Shown: piece after piece, positions 1-13,300 of the stretch
Numbering within the stretch: position 1 is the first letter of the stretch
Layout: the number at the start of each line of letters is the position of its first letter
From: Rhina ancylostomus
Lineage: Eukaryota
Assembly (NCBI GenBank): GCA_030265395.1
Contig: JARFYF010000104.1
Span: 79,498,013 to 79,562,012 of the forward strand
Direction of reading: 5' to 3'
DNA length: 64,000 nt
Position numbers and translations under genes: made by a program
Notes under the pieces: model-generated
Told to the model about the DNA's origin: nothing
The model's input: the letters and a program-made list of their open reading frames with translations, nothing else
Databases searched by the model: none

Positions 1-330
1 GTGCCCTATGTATCAGCCTCCTTCCAGGCTGGAGCTGGAAGTATCTGCAACACCATACAAGTTGTCATGGATTTTTGCATTAGGGAGGTTATAGACCTTT
101 TCACCTCAAGAGAGCTGAATAAATATCACTCTCCCTTGAAAAAGAGCAATATATAGAGATAGTGTGTGGCTGTACAGTGACTGTGAGTTGCCCACTGTCT
201 CTGGTCATGACATCCCTAAACTTTTTTGGTATTTGACTCCATTGTGTAACAATAATGCATGATAGCAACCAGTACATGGCAAATTCTATGCTACTACCTA
301 GTGTTGACCTACTGTCTGGATGCTCTGAAG
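1..330 (+). mobile_element. Degenerate PIF/Harbinger transposase fragment
   Basis: Translation YVSASFQAGAGSICNTIQVVMDFCIREVIDLF resembles the HARBI1-type ASGSFQ..GD.C.ISQ..VH.CIREVTDAL helix motif, with stops downstream. Confidence 0.5.
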
Positions 331-817
331 GAGCCTGCAGTCTCAGAGCCAGTCACCAGTTGATTATTCCCTGTTACAGGGAAACATAAATCCAATTCCC
401 ATTTCCACACCAGATGCCATCCTGTCTTCCTTCCTACCTTAATGATCATCATAGCATTGACTTGGTCACTACGCCAAAATAAAAGTGAACATTAAACTAA
501 CCTGCACCATTGATTTATACATCAAACCCTGCTAAATAACATACATAACTCAATTTATCATCTTTCTCACTTCCTTTAGTGTCTGTTTTGCATGTGTCTT
601 AGCCTACCTTTGTGTTTCTATACCAGCCTCTTGAAGAAACAACCAACAGTTGTAAGCTGAGTTTACATGACAGCAGCCTGAGCTTTGATTGCAGCCCCTG
701 ACATTGGACAGCTTGTGCAGTAATGGAGACTGAGACTTCACACACTGCATTGTGGTTGGATCTGCAAGTGTGTAACAGAGTTGCCTGCAATATTTAATAG
801 AGGACATAAGCAACTCA

Positions 818-1100
818 TGGTGGTAGCATAGAAACAGGCCCTTCAGCCCACAATGCTGTGCCAACCATTGATGCCAAATTAAACTGCACACTTGTCTAAC
901 CATGTTCTATATTCCTCCATTCCCTGCCTGTCTAAATACATGTTAAATATTGCTGTCANNNNNNNNNNNNNNNNNNNNNNNNNNNNNNNNNNNNNNNNNN
1001 NNNNNNNNNNNNNNNNNNNNNNNNNNNNNNNNNNNNNNNNNNNTATCCCTCTCACCTTAAAGCTATGTCCTCTAGTATTTGACATTTCTGTCCTAGATGG
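818..1100 (-). mobile_element. CR1-type LINE 3' end
   Basis: Tail gcatagaaacaggcccttcagccca and minus-strand SNTRGHSFKVRG (CR1 ORF2 C-terminal TRGH motif). Interrupted by Ns. Confidence 0.75.
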
Positions 1101-1101
1101 T

Positions 1102-1158
1102 TTGTAACCATGGGGGTTCAATCTTGAGGGTCCTTGTAACCATAGGGGTTCAATCTTG
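1102..1158 (+). repeat. 25-bp direct repeat (period 32)
   Basis: ttgtaaccat(g/a)ggggttcaatcttg at 1102-1126 and 1134-1158. Confidence 0.9.
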
Positions 1159-1199
1159 CTAACAGCTGTACAGATAGTAGTTGTAGAACAAAGGCAGGA

Positions 1200-1420
1200 A
1201 GAAAACACAACCTGCAATCCTTTAAATCCCCAGGTCCCAATGGCCTGCACCCCAAGGTTTTGAAGGAGGTGGCTATGGCAAATATAGATGCACTGGTTGA
1301 CACCTTCCAAAGTTTCACAGATTCTAGAACTGTTTCCACAAATGTAATGCAAGTCTTTAAGCAAAAAACCCCAGAAAACATGGAGAATAATTGGATTTTC
1401 AGGCAAAGTGGGTAGAATGA
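1200..1420 (+). mobile_element. CR1-type LINE RT fragment
   Basis: KSPGPNGLHPKVLKEVA...LVDTFQSF, matching the CR1 KSPGPDG motif. Confidence 0.7.
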
Positions 1421-1957
1421 TACAAGTCAAGGAGCCTCATCATTGCTAACTATTTGGAGAGTCTCATTATCTGAGTCACTGCTGTTTATTATATCAGGGA
1501 CAGAATCCTTAACTGCCTTAGGAATGACATGTTGCAGGCCCATCCCTGTCTGAACCATCAATGAGGGTTTCCTGGAAAATCAGATGTAGACAATAATGCA
1601 GTGAAATTCTTCTGAAGGAATTCTTAAAGCAACCTTGCATCTTCTTTGTTGCTTCCTTCTTTGGACCTGTAACATATAGTGAAATAGATTCAGGCAAGCA
1701 TTTCTCCGAGGGTAGGTTGCTGCTTGCAGTCTTAGTGTTCTCCATTCTCAGTGTTGGTAGAGGTTTAGATTTTGGCTGTCTGTTTTGCATAATTGTGCTG
1801 CAACATTTGATGTAACAATATTGCTGTACTATTGTCAAAAGTTAGTACTAACTCAGTTACAGTTCTGGTCCCTCCAACAAGAAATGTCCCTGGACTTAGT
1901 ATTATACTCAAATAACACAGCAACACAGTTGTAGGGCCTGGTGTTAATTAGCTGACA

Positions 1958-2750
1958 GTCATAAAACATAGAACAGTACAGCACAGGAACAGGCCCTTCA
2001 GCCCACCATGTCTGCACTGACCATGATATCAATAACTAATCCCATCTGATGCACATAGTTTGTTTTGCTCTATTCATGCCAGTTCAATGCTTCTTAAATG
2101 TTGTTATTGCATCCACTTCTACCACCTCCCTGGCACCTACCACGCACCACATAAAGCACTTGGCTCACACATCTCCATTAAACTTTGCCCTTTCACTTTA
2201 AGCCTATGTGCTTGAGCATTTGACATTTCCACCCTTGGAAGACTATTTACCCTACCTATGCCTTTCATAATTATATACTTCTATAAGATCACCCCTATGC
2301 TCCAGTAAAAACAATCTAGGTTCGTCCAACCTCTCCATATAGTTAGTATACACCAAACTGTGTAACACCTTAGTGAACCTCTTCTGCGTTTTCTCTAAAG
2401 CCTCCAAGTCTTACCTATAAGGCAGCAACCAGAACTGCACACAATAATCCAAATGTGGCCTGACCAAAAGCTTTACAGCTGCAACATAACTTTCCAACTT
2501 TTATACTCAATGGCCTGACCAATGAAGGCAAGCATACTGTACACCTTCCTTAACACCCAATTCACTTGTATTGCCACCTTCAGGGAGGTATGGACTTGGA
2601 CCCGGACCCTAAAATCCCTCTGTACATCAATGATCCTGAGGGTCCTGTCATTTCATGTACACTTTCTCCTTACATTTGGCCTCTCAATATGCAACATCTC
2701 ATACTTGTCTAGATCAAACTCCATCTTCCATTTCTCCACCCAAAGTTCCG
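1958..2750 (-). mobile_element. 5'-truncated CR1-type LINE
   Basis: Tail cataaaacatagaacagtacagcacaggaacaggcccttcagccc followed by typical CR1 ORF2 3' sequence (ccagaactgcacacaata..ccaaatgtggcc, the CVQFW motif on the minus strand). Confidence 0.85.
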
Positions 2751-5700
2751 AGTAATATAGAATTAAAGCATCCCAGAACTAACTGGTCCTGAGATAAGCT
2801 GTTCTCTTACTGGTCAGCAAGTATCACGTGTTGTTCCCCCTCCTCCTGCTAGAGCATCTTGGGTAAAAGCTAAGACCTCCTGATAGGGAAGATGTGAAGG
2901 ATGCATCAAATGATGACAAAGTATCTAACCCACTCTGGAGAGTACTGCATGATGCCCTGGAGTGGTGCAGACACTGAAATCATGTCTCATGGATTCTGAT
3001 GGCAATCTCCTTGGGCTCCAGGCAATTCCATGGAAATTATAAAGGCATTCTGCTGCATTAACTGAAGCATGGAAAGGAGTCAGAAACCAAGGAAGAAGAG
3101 GATATCCTCCAAGATCCAGCCCTCAGTGTACAGCAGCACCAAAATTAGTACAGACAACTCAGGATGTCTAAGAATAAAAATCATGTGAACTCCCCACATG
3201 CATGGCACCAACCTTGCAGCAGCCTCCAAAGTAGCCAGTCAGCCTCCAGAGCTCTGTGCAGCAGACTGCAGATTTAAGTGTCAAATAAATGGACAGTCCT
3301 TTAATTAGCCCAGCTGCAGTGAATGGAGAGCTATGAAAGCATGGCTCCCTGTGAGTTTCCAACTATTTTTTCTAGAGAGAAAAATGCAACTGAATTTCAG
3401 CTACAATTAATTCAAATGAACATTGCCTGACAAACAACGCAATCTATGCCAAATCCAAACATCCTACTGTGCCTGCCAATACTAAGTCAAATTTCATGAA
3501 TTATGCAATTTATGCAGAATAACCACATTTTCACAATGTATTAAAATATTGAAATTCAAATGGTCAACACTAAATCCAGTTTTTCAGCAAGCATGCTTTA
3601 TACCATCTTTGCTGACTTTCCTGGTTCCCTCTTTTGAACTGTTTGAGTGATCATTGTGTTACAATGCGCATTATAATTGCTGACAACTGATCAAAGGGGC
3701 TTTCTTGCACATTATCAGTATGACACAATCCTTTAGATGCAATGCATTTTTTAAAATATAGGAAGTATTTTACAGTGAAATAAATACCTTCAGGAATATA
3801 ATTCCCAAAAGACCCATAAATTACCTATTACTCTGTAAAATGGTGACTCCCAAATCTTTGTGATAAATCATGACTTTGTCCTCTTTTTACATGGTAGAGG
3901 CCTTAGCCAACAAAAACAGGAGCTGAGATTTTCCTATAAATTGCATCTTTATTACACATACTACTCATGGTGGAGCATTGGATCACATTTCTTGGAGTAT
4001 AAAAGCCAGCAAGAGCAAAAGTGAACATATTTCAATGTTCCTAATGCTTTGAAGATTTTAATACATTTGAACCATAAGAAAAGAATAACAAACACATCAT
4101 CATTGTTCATATATTACAAAACACAAACATACTCAGGAGGAGCATGTGCTTACTTATCTGAGCAGACTGTTGGTTCCTAATGTGTAATGCTCATATCAGG
4201 TTTATAACAACATGTTCCCATAAAGAAAAGTCTGATTACAATCAAATGTAAATATCAATCAAAGTAAAGCAAATGCAAATTGAAACATGTTTTTAGGATC
4301 ATAAATATTTTACAAGGAGGGCAACGATATGTTTAATTAACTGTTCAAATTTCACAATTAAACATTTCTTATCTGTTTTCCTCTGTCACTTCCACCTCCT
4401 CTCTTGAAGGCAGTGATCCTGACTGTGTGCAGCTTGCAAAGTGCCAGTTGTTCCTGGCACTTCATCTGGTTATCCACTTTTCACATGTGAGCTTGATAAG
4501 GTGGAATAGGCTTTATTGTCATTGCTGTGTGGTAAACTCATCATTTCAAATCAACTGCCCAACTCATAATTTCCATGTGGTAGGGAGTATAACAGATACC
4601 AATTCCCAATTCTGAATCTATTTCCTACTGGTGAAAGTTAAAATGTACATAGGAGTGTGATCCAACTTAAAGGCAGTCCCATTCTCCATAAAGATCACTA
4701 TGTAAATAATTTCAAACAAGTCTCACTGGATTACAAAAGGGAACAGGAACCATGCTAAATTATATCCTCCCTAGCCTATTAAGGCAGCTCTGTCACTACT
4801 CAGGCAGAAATTAACATAGACTGAAGACCAAATCTGAGAGTTTCTAGGTTTCAAAGATCCAGTTTCACACATGCCAATGCATTTAGCAATTGGGTCTCTT
4901 GGGAATATAACCTAAATTTAAGTGCAAAACACCAGCTGAGGTAGTTTCATTCTTTAGGAAAAATTGTATTGACAAAATGACAACCATCGCAAAGAAATGC
5001 ATTGTAAATAACTACATTGCCTGAAAGTCATATTTAACAAATACTTATAAAATGTAAAGTGCATCATTTAACAAGTGCATCATTATAAAATGGAATTATA
5101 ACCTTTTTTTTCTATGCAAATATCATGATCAAAAAAATAATTCCATCCACAGATTTCTAGGATTACAACTTCCATATCTTGGTTAACCTTAGACCTTCTG
5201 CATAAGTTTTAAAGGAGTGAATCTCTGAGTGCAAATGGAGTTGCAATCACAAAAGAAATAATTTCCACAGGAATTTAAATATCTGCATAAAACTAATTGT
5301 ACTCTAAAGGTAATACATATTCATACTTAAGTGTATTATCAATGTATATAGGCCAGATAGATATTTAGGTTTTTGATATTATAAATATGAGTCTACTACT
5401 TACTAATCACATTTCCTAACTTTAATTATGATAATTAAAAAAAGTTTTAACAATGATGTTTTGTCAAACTTTAAGCATTTTTTGAAGGTAAATTATTCCT
5501 AATTTTCTGTTTTGGGGAAAAGAAATCCAGACAAGACAGTTCCATGGGTGTGACAGTGGAAGAAAGAATTATTGACTACAACAGATCATATTTAATGCTG
5601 ACCGATGTACTGTGTTGTGAGTGGGCACAACTAGTTTCAAGCATTTACATTTCATGCTGAGGCAGAACTAAAGTAAATTACTGGTAATTATATCCTGAGT

Positions 5701-6199
5701 CTTTAAAATATTCAATGCAGAAAATTGGGATGTATAATCAGGATGATTCATTGTAAAATAAAGAGCATGCAGTAGTCCTTGAATAATAACTCAGTTAGTG
5801 ACCATAAAGGGACATCTATATATGTTACATATGCAGAGAATGGTTAGTTATCATGAACTTTTTTTTGCACAGAAGATCAATGTTCTTTAGAATATGTTTC
5901 TAAATCATGTAGAGGGTGCAAATTGACTGCAAGCATTCAAAAGGGAACTAGAAAAGTTTCTGGAGGAGACTGATATTAATGCATAGTATTTGCTCAGCTA
6001 ATACTCAAGCTCAGCTATTTGGGAATAAAAATTGGAAGTACTTCTTAACACAAGGGATGGTGGAAGTCCAGAACTTGCTCCCCCAAATGCTTGGTCACTT
6101 AACTTTCTAAACAGAAACAGATAAAGCTTTGTCTATGGAACATGTCTATTAACTATATAACTGATACATACTTATATGTCATTAACTTGAGTGCTAAAA

Positions 6200-6510
6200 G
6201 AAAAAACTTGCACTTACAGCATTTTTTACAATCTCAGGTAATCCCAAAGTGGTCTACAGCCAATTAAGTACTTTTTTTAATGTGGTATCTGTTGTAATAT
6301 GTAAACCAATTTGTTTAAAGCATATTTCCTTATGCCACAATGTTATAGGGACTAGATATACCCTGTTTTCATAACAGGGATAGGAATGGTGAGGCATGAG
6401 GGAGAATGCCTCTGCTCTTTGAATAAATGGTGCTGGATATTTTAGATTCACCTGAAACTGCAAGCAGGACCTCTGTCTAACATGTCACTCAAAAGGTTTC
6501 ACATCCTTCC
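6200..6510 (-). mobile_element. Old Deu-domain SINE (SacSINE1/AmnSINE-like)
   Basis: aaaaacttgcacttacagcat...cccaaagtggtctacagccaattaagtac tail and ctctgctctttgaataaatggtgctggatattttagattcacctga body, as recalled for shark Deu-SINEs. Confidence 0.55.
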
Positions 6511-8671
6511 TTTTCATTTCAGATTATGTAAGTGAAAATTCTGATGATATGGGGAGTATTTTAAGAAATTACCAGCATGTACTGTTTTCCTTTTGAAAAA
6601 GTAATTATGATTACCATTTCCTTAACTGACACACTTGTAGTGCATTAAAATTCTCCTAGCCACAAAATGCACATCAAATGAATCTCAGTATGACTTAAAC
6701 AGGATGGAGTACTTTGGTCAGCATTTAAGGGCAATTTGTCTGAGTTTTACATTTACACATGGGCCAATGGGATATGTGTCCAATGCCCCCAACTTAATTT
6801 GGGTGGCATATCATGCTCCCTGTTCCCATCTCCATTGAATCAAGAAACCATCAGTTAATGCTTGATCCAAGGATCAGAAGCTTGGCCATCTCCTTTTGAG
6901 TGGCTTTTAATGGATCAGTGGGAGAAGGTGACATCAGGTATAGTTGAGAGGAAATTGATTAAAGTTTTTCTTATGAATCTGGAGTCCGATTTATTCATAG
7001 TTTCTTGAAAATGCTATTTCATTCACATTAGGAAACTGAACCTGTCAAATGTAAGCAGGTATAACTTTCTTGCTTGGAACAGCATTGATAGCTGGTAACA
7101 TCTCTCAGAATTGAAATATCCTGCATCCTTCATAGCTCTGGATGTACAGTTTGAATATTGATTGATACGTCTGCATTTTCCCATTGTAAGATAGGTGGCA
7201 TGTCAATCAATGCCAAGAGTACTAGTCTGTATGTTCAGGTCAATTGATCATATTCTCTGCCACTCAGAACACATGGGTGAAGAGCTAGTCAGTTGACTCT
7301 GTACTAAATATGCTGGCACTTTTTTCAAAATGTTAATTCTGTAAACCATAACATCAAAATATCTTAACCTCAACATAATTGCTAGATTATGTTGCTTCTT
7401 TCTAAAGTATAAAATTTTATTTTACTTGCACGGTATGGAAAGGGTCTGTTGTCAGATAAATTATCTATCTTGTAATGGAAAGGAGAATTTTATGTACTTG
7501 GCCTTGACAATGAATAAATAACACTGACTAAATTACTTGAGATCTACTTTGTCGTATTTTCCACACCAGATAAAGACTGAACAGCTAATGAGGCAAGCCA
7601 TAAGGAAGAGTCATACAGAACTTTTGCCTACTAATTTAAATAGAAACAAAACCGATTAAGGTTCCTCACCTATTTTCCATTTCCTGTACCTAGGCAATAA
7701 TATATCCAGGTGCAAAAAGAGTAAAATCTGTCCTGATTTGCTCTACACTTACCAGGATGTGTGGGAAAGTATAAATTAGTGTTATTACAGTACACTCTGT
7801 GTCTGTACAGGATTCTGCTGAGGATGAATCTGAAAATGAAGAGAGGATGTTTGGGAAGGATGGAGTTCCCAGGGCACGGAGCCAAATCAGGTGACAGTTT
7901 CTAAAGAGATGTGCACATGCACAGGAATATAACATGAAGGGGGTCCATTGGATATGAATCATAATGGAGGGACAGTGACCAATCAGCTGTGTTTACTGCA
8001 TCGGATAGAATGTGGAATATTTAAAGTAAAAATGCAGCATGATTTAAGTAAGAATCAAGTACCACAGGTGGCATTGACCAGCACAGCGTGAGTAGTTTCC
8101 TTGGAACAGAAGTCAAAGCATTTAAAGAATTGTAAATGTGTAAATCCAGAGCTAGTCAAGTTGTTGAGTTGATTCATTTGCAAATCCAAAGGAAATTGAA
8201 AATTGGGCCAAGGTTGAAGGCTATCATCATATTTTGTTTCAGACATGGGAGGTGAAAGCATTTTTGAATGGGGAGATAACAGCACTGGTGTAGCTTGAAA
8301 CACCAGCAAATGCTGGGCAAGGAGTTCTGGGGAAAGGTTTAACACTGGAGAAGCTAATGCTTAGAGAAGCATGCAAATTACTGAATTGTCAGAGCTGGGT
8401 GCATGGGAGATGCAAAGGAGGACCTAATGACTCAGAGTCATTCTGCATAGCCTTGATCTTTGAAACAATATGTTCCATAATATCTTTCTAATGGGGATCA
8501 GAAGGGAGATGGAAGGATTAGGGGAGACAATTGACAACCATACCCATCAGGATGAAGAGCATTATAGCGATTTGGCTATGGTGGTTTGAAGTAATACATC
8601 ATAACATGTTTTCTCCCTTGCCAGAAAGGGTTGTCAGTCTGATAACCTTAAATACATTTTTATTTTAAAGA

Positions 8672-8955
8672 TATCTTAATATATCTTTATTAGTCACATG
8701 TACATTGAAACACACAGTGAAATGCATCTTTTGCATAGAATTTCTGGGGCAGCCTGCAAGTGTCACCACGCTTCCGATGCCAACATAGAATGCCCACAAC
8801 TTCCTAACCCGTACGCCTTTGTAATGTGGGCAGAAACTGGAGCACCCAGAGGAAACCCACACAGACACAAAGAGAAAGTACAAGCTCCTTACAGACAGTG
8901 GACAGAATTGAACCTGTGTCGCTGGCACTTTAATAGCGTTACACTAACCACTACA
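8672..8955 (-). mobile_element. tRNA-derived V-SINE, tail type B
   Basis: V-domain aaactggagcacccagaggaaacccacacagacac, tRNA-like head, and tail tttattagtcacatgtacattgaaacacacagtgaaatgcatcttttgca. Confidence 0.85.
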
Positions 8956-8974
8956 ACATGTGGGCACTGCTGTC

Positions 8975-9270
8975 AAAGCCAGAATTTTAGGGCATCCCCA
9001 CTTGACTGACTAAGCACACCATTTCAGAGGGCAGTAAGAGTCAATCATATTGGTGGGTCTAGAGTCCCCTGTAATCCGGACCAGGTAAGGATAACAAATT
9101 ACCTTTCCTGAAGGACATGGAGTAGTATTATGACAATCCAGTCATGTCATGGTAATTCTTAACGATGCCAGATTTTATTGCATTTAAATTACCTGACTGA
9201 CATGGGGGATTTCAAGTCACGTCTTTGATTAATTGTCCCAGCCTTTGGATATTAGTCCAGTAATTTAACT
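8975..9270 (-). mobile_element. Dispersed SINE-like repeat (second copy at 20930-21230, plus strand)
   Basis: aagagtcaatcatattggtgggtctagagtc...cctttcctgaaggacat...ctagtccag-like segments are the reverse complement of the 20930-21230 copy. Confidence 0.6.
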
Positions 9271-11881
9271 ATCAGATTAAAAAAAGACTATACTAATTAA
9301 GCCAGGGTAGAAGACTTTGCATGACTTGGTACAAGCAAGTGAGTAAGCTGAACTGAGCTGATTCAATAGCAAGCAATTCCTTAGGCAACTACCAACTATC
9401 AGCATATTGGCCTCAGAACATTGTAGACTTCGACACATGCTCAGCCAAATGCAGAGGTGTCAAAGATGAGCTGAAATCTGATAATGGCATATCTGACTGT
9501 CTGCTCTACTGCTGCACTCATCATTGAATCCAACGATGAAACAGTGTTGTGCTGAGGAGAGGAGCCACAGGCACTTTAAACCCAGCCATTCAGCTTTAAA
9601 CAAGGATGGCTGGCACATGAATGGCAATGATAATCATTTAAAAGAGGTTGCTGATCACATGGAATATTGTAAATGTAATTAAGTTTTTGTGTTATTTTCC
9701 TTTATTTTACTAATTTTAATCCATTATTAGTGTTTAATGTTATTTCAATTAAATGTATTTAATTAGTATTTTCAAAATCTTTTAATAATTAAAATTTTAT
9801 TTATTTAAATCCATGTAAATGGTCTTTGAATGTCTCTGGCTATTGGAGACATCGAAAAGCAATGGACACAGTGGAGAACAGCTACAAAAAACAGAAGATG
9901 CAGCAGAAGGAATGTAAAACTAACTACAAAGCAAGATTTCGGATGGCTATGAAGCACAGGCATACAGCTGTAACAAGTACTGTATATGTATACAAGCAGG
10001 CTCTGCTACAGCAATTCATAATTACACACTTAAAATGTTAGATATAAATGAGCAAATCTTCCAATGGAGGCTTAGAACCCTGTCATCTTAAAACTGAGGT
10101 TGAAGTGAAATCTCAAAAGTCATGATCATAATAAGATCCCAACAAAAGTTGAAAAAGCAGAATTAATAAATAAATGATTTCTAGTGAACTGGAGTTCTTT
10201 TTTCTCCTAAGTCTTTAATAAGCACAGATATAGCTAAAGATCAGGAGATTGATACAAGTAATAATCATTTGGTCACTTAGTCGTCTCAAAAAAAAAGTAT
10301 CCACAATTATTTTGTAACAATATCTAACTCACTTATGAACTATTATTTGGTTTTTCCTTTTACTGCTTTATGATTGCAAGAATAAAATGAGTCAATGAAT
10401 CTGCCACAACATGGAATTACATACTATATTACTTTCACATTCTTATTTTTGAGTTAAAAATGACTATAAAATGTTTATTTGGTGACAACTGACTGTTTCT
10501 AAGTCTCAATTGCCAACTTCAATTATCCTTTCAATAATCAGCTTTGCATCTTAATTTAATCAGTAAAGCATCTTTAAAGTACCTGAGATATGATCCAAGA
10601 AGCATAGATTCTGGAGATTTTCAATCCATTCAGTCAATGGATGAAAACTAATATTGTCATGTTTACTTTGAAAAAAGTTTTTTTCAAGCAAACTTTTTTG
10701 AATGAGTCTGAGATTCTCCCTACAACCCCTGGCATTTAAATTCTGACACAGTAATTGAATAGATCCAACTATTAGAAAAACATGGTACATAGTCAGAATT
10801 AACTTCAGAAGTTACCTGGGCACAGTGAACCCGGAACAGACAAAGGGAAAGAGGAACCTTGCTGCCAGGTTCGAGGTTGCAGTCAGACTTAGAGGACTCA
10901 AATGAGGTCTTGTTAAGACAGGCTGAGGAAGAAGGCTAATGGGCTGGAACAGTGAGGTGCCTGAGGAAGCAGCTGGCCTAACTGGAAGTATGTATATAAT
11001 GTTATGGATCATTGGAGAGTCCAGCTCCAGTCTTGCACAAGCTTTGCACAAAGCCATGAAAGATGTCGCCAACTCTTTTTCAACACTGGCAGACCCATTC
11101 AGCATGCCGCATTTGATTACTGATGTCTCAGGTCCCACTGCAACACAGCAAAGCACCAAATGATTAAATGCTGCATGATAAGTGTCCTGGCACTGCTGCC
11201 ATTTTTGAGGGCATGCCCAAGGGAGAGCCAGTGTCTCCATCGTGTCATCTCTCAAGTTGATAGCATTGCTGATCTTATAGCTGCAGCTCCACCAGTNNNN
11301 NNNNNNCCTACCGCTTGCAGCAGGGTGACATTGGCCACAACAGGGTTTTCTGAGACCAGAGCCTCTCAGGTCATCCTCAATGGTACCTTTGGCTTCCTCC
11401 ACTGCCAGTCTATATTCTTCCAGTTGCTAAGGTGCTGACAAATGGGAAGCACTGAACATATAGTCTTAGATGATCAGTTGTAATGAAGCTGGGAACTAGG
11501 TGGATTGGAGAAATATATATTCTCTATTCCACAAGTCAATGAAAATAAAAAGACATCACTGATCATCTTTAATGTTCAGTGAGAAGGTGTTGGGCAACTA
11601 TAGAAGTACTTGCAAAGCTATTAGGTGGAATGATTCAGGGCTTTTACCTAATGACAATAGTGGAATGAGATTTATTCCCACATGATGATGGTGTTTGACT
11701 TGAACGGTAACTAGCAGTTCCCACGTGATTGCCAGAATGTTGTCCCAGTCTTGATTTCATGCCTGCATGGACTTGAGAATTGTGAGGAGTGGTCATGGGA
11801 TCAGAGTTATCGTCTTTGAAATCATATTGTTATCAGTCATTCTCTGACTGCTTAGCAAGAAAAGTGGTCTCTACATTTTTA

Positions 11882-12133
11882 AATTTTTTTTAATTTTATT
11901 TACAGCGTGGTAACGGTCCCTTCCTGCCCAACGAGTCCACACCGCCGATTTTTTAAACCCCAAATTAACCTACCCATACGTCATTGGAATGTGGGAGGAA
12001 ACCGGAGCACCCAGAGGAAACTCACGCAGACATAAGAGAACGTACAATCTCCTTACAGGCAGTGGTGGGAATTGAACCTGGGTCGCTGGCGCTGTAATAG
12101 TGTTGTGCTAACCACTACGCTATCGTGCCGCCC
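11882..12133 (-). mobile_element. V-SINE, tail type A
   Basis: Full element with tail ttttatttacagcgtggtaac..ccctt, V-domain gggaggaaaccggagcacccagaggaaa, and head ending gtgccgccc. Confidence 0.9.
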
Positions 12134-12212
12134 TTTCTTACATAACTTCCTTTCTTCCTATTCTTCTGCTTCTCTTTTTGTTTTAAATTAAATTTTAAAT
12201 TAAAATGTTTTA

Positions 12213-12454
12213 AAATTTTATTTACAGCATGGTAACAGGCCCTTCTGGACCAACGAGTCCCCGCCGCCCATTTTAAACCCATGTTAACCTACCCATAAGT
12301 CTTTGGAATGTGGAACGAAACCGGAGCACCCAGAGGAAAACCACACAGACACAGGGAGAGTGTACAGACTCCTTACAGACAGTGACAGGAATCGAACCCC
12401 AATCGCTGGCGCTGTAATAGCATCACACTAATGACTATGCTACCGTGCCGCCCC
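12213..12454 (-). mobile_element. V-SINE, tail type A (tandem second copy)
   Basis: Same structure as 11882-12133 and about 80 nt away. Confidence 0.9.
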
Positions 12455-12719
12455 ATTTTCTTCTTCCTTCCTCCCTTATCTCCTCCTGCTACTCCAACAT
12501 CTCCAACTCTTCTTGCTCTTCAACTGCTAGCCAGAGCCACCAGCAATACAGTTGACACCTGCTCTATACTATAGAGCATGGTTCCTGTAAGATAACACAG
12601 GTACTGGATGTGTTGCTTGGGGATCTCAGTGGTGTAAACATGATTCTCACTACACACCTTCACTTCTTTGTGGACAACCTTTGGACAGAGGTAAGTAAAC
12701 AGGTATTTCATCAAAAACT

Positions 12720-13300
12720 TAAAACCAGCCTCTCATCTAATGTTGTGGTTCAAATATTGTTGCCACAGTGAACATAAACATCTGCTCCCCAGATATTGAG
12801 CTCTCAACATCATTATTTTTGGGCATGGTCACAGATCAGCTGGACACTGAAGAAATGAGATCCCTTGCAGTTCTGGCACACCTTGGGATTTTGATGTGGT
12901 GCCCTGAACTTAACCAATGTGATCTTTGAGAATCCCTGCACCTGATCTGCCAGTGGCTTTCCACTCAAGCAAACGGAGATGAATTTGGCTCACCATGAGC
13001 AAAGAATTTCCATTACTTCCCCAGTGGAGGGGTGTGCTGTTAATGGAGACACATTATGAATGTCTGCAGCACCAGCCTGGAACTGCTGGAAGGTGGAGAA
13101 ATTCGAAGGCACTGTCACCTTCACTGCCCGTGGTGTGGCAGTGCTCTCCTTTTCCTTTGGCTGCAGGATCGGCTGGAGCATGTGGCAGAGCTCTGTGAGG
13201 ACGTCCTTCAAGAACCAGAGTCTCATCAGGTATTGCCCCATCGTCAGGTTGATGCAGGAGGAGAGTTCCTGGAAGGCCTTTTATGGATCCAGGCTTCTGT
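12720..13300 (-). mobile_element. Degenerate PIF/Harbinger transposase
   Basis: LTELCHMLQPILQP...AVKVTVPSNFSTFQQFQAGAADIHNVS resembles HARBI1-like AVKVTVALNF.ASGSFQ..GD...ISQ. A QVQG..DH remnant lies downstream near 12910-12945. Confidence 0.65.
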
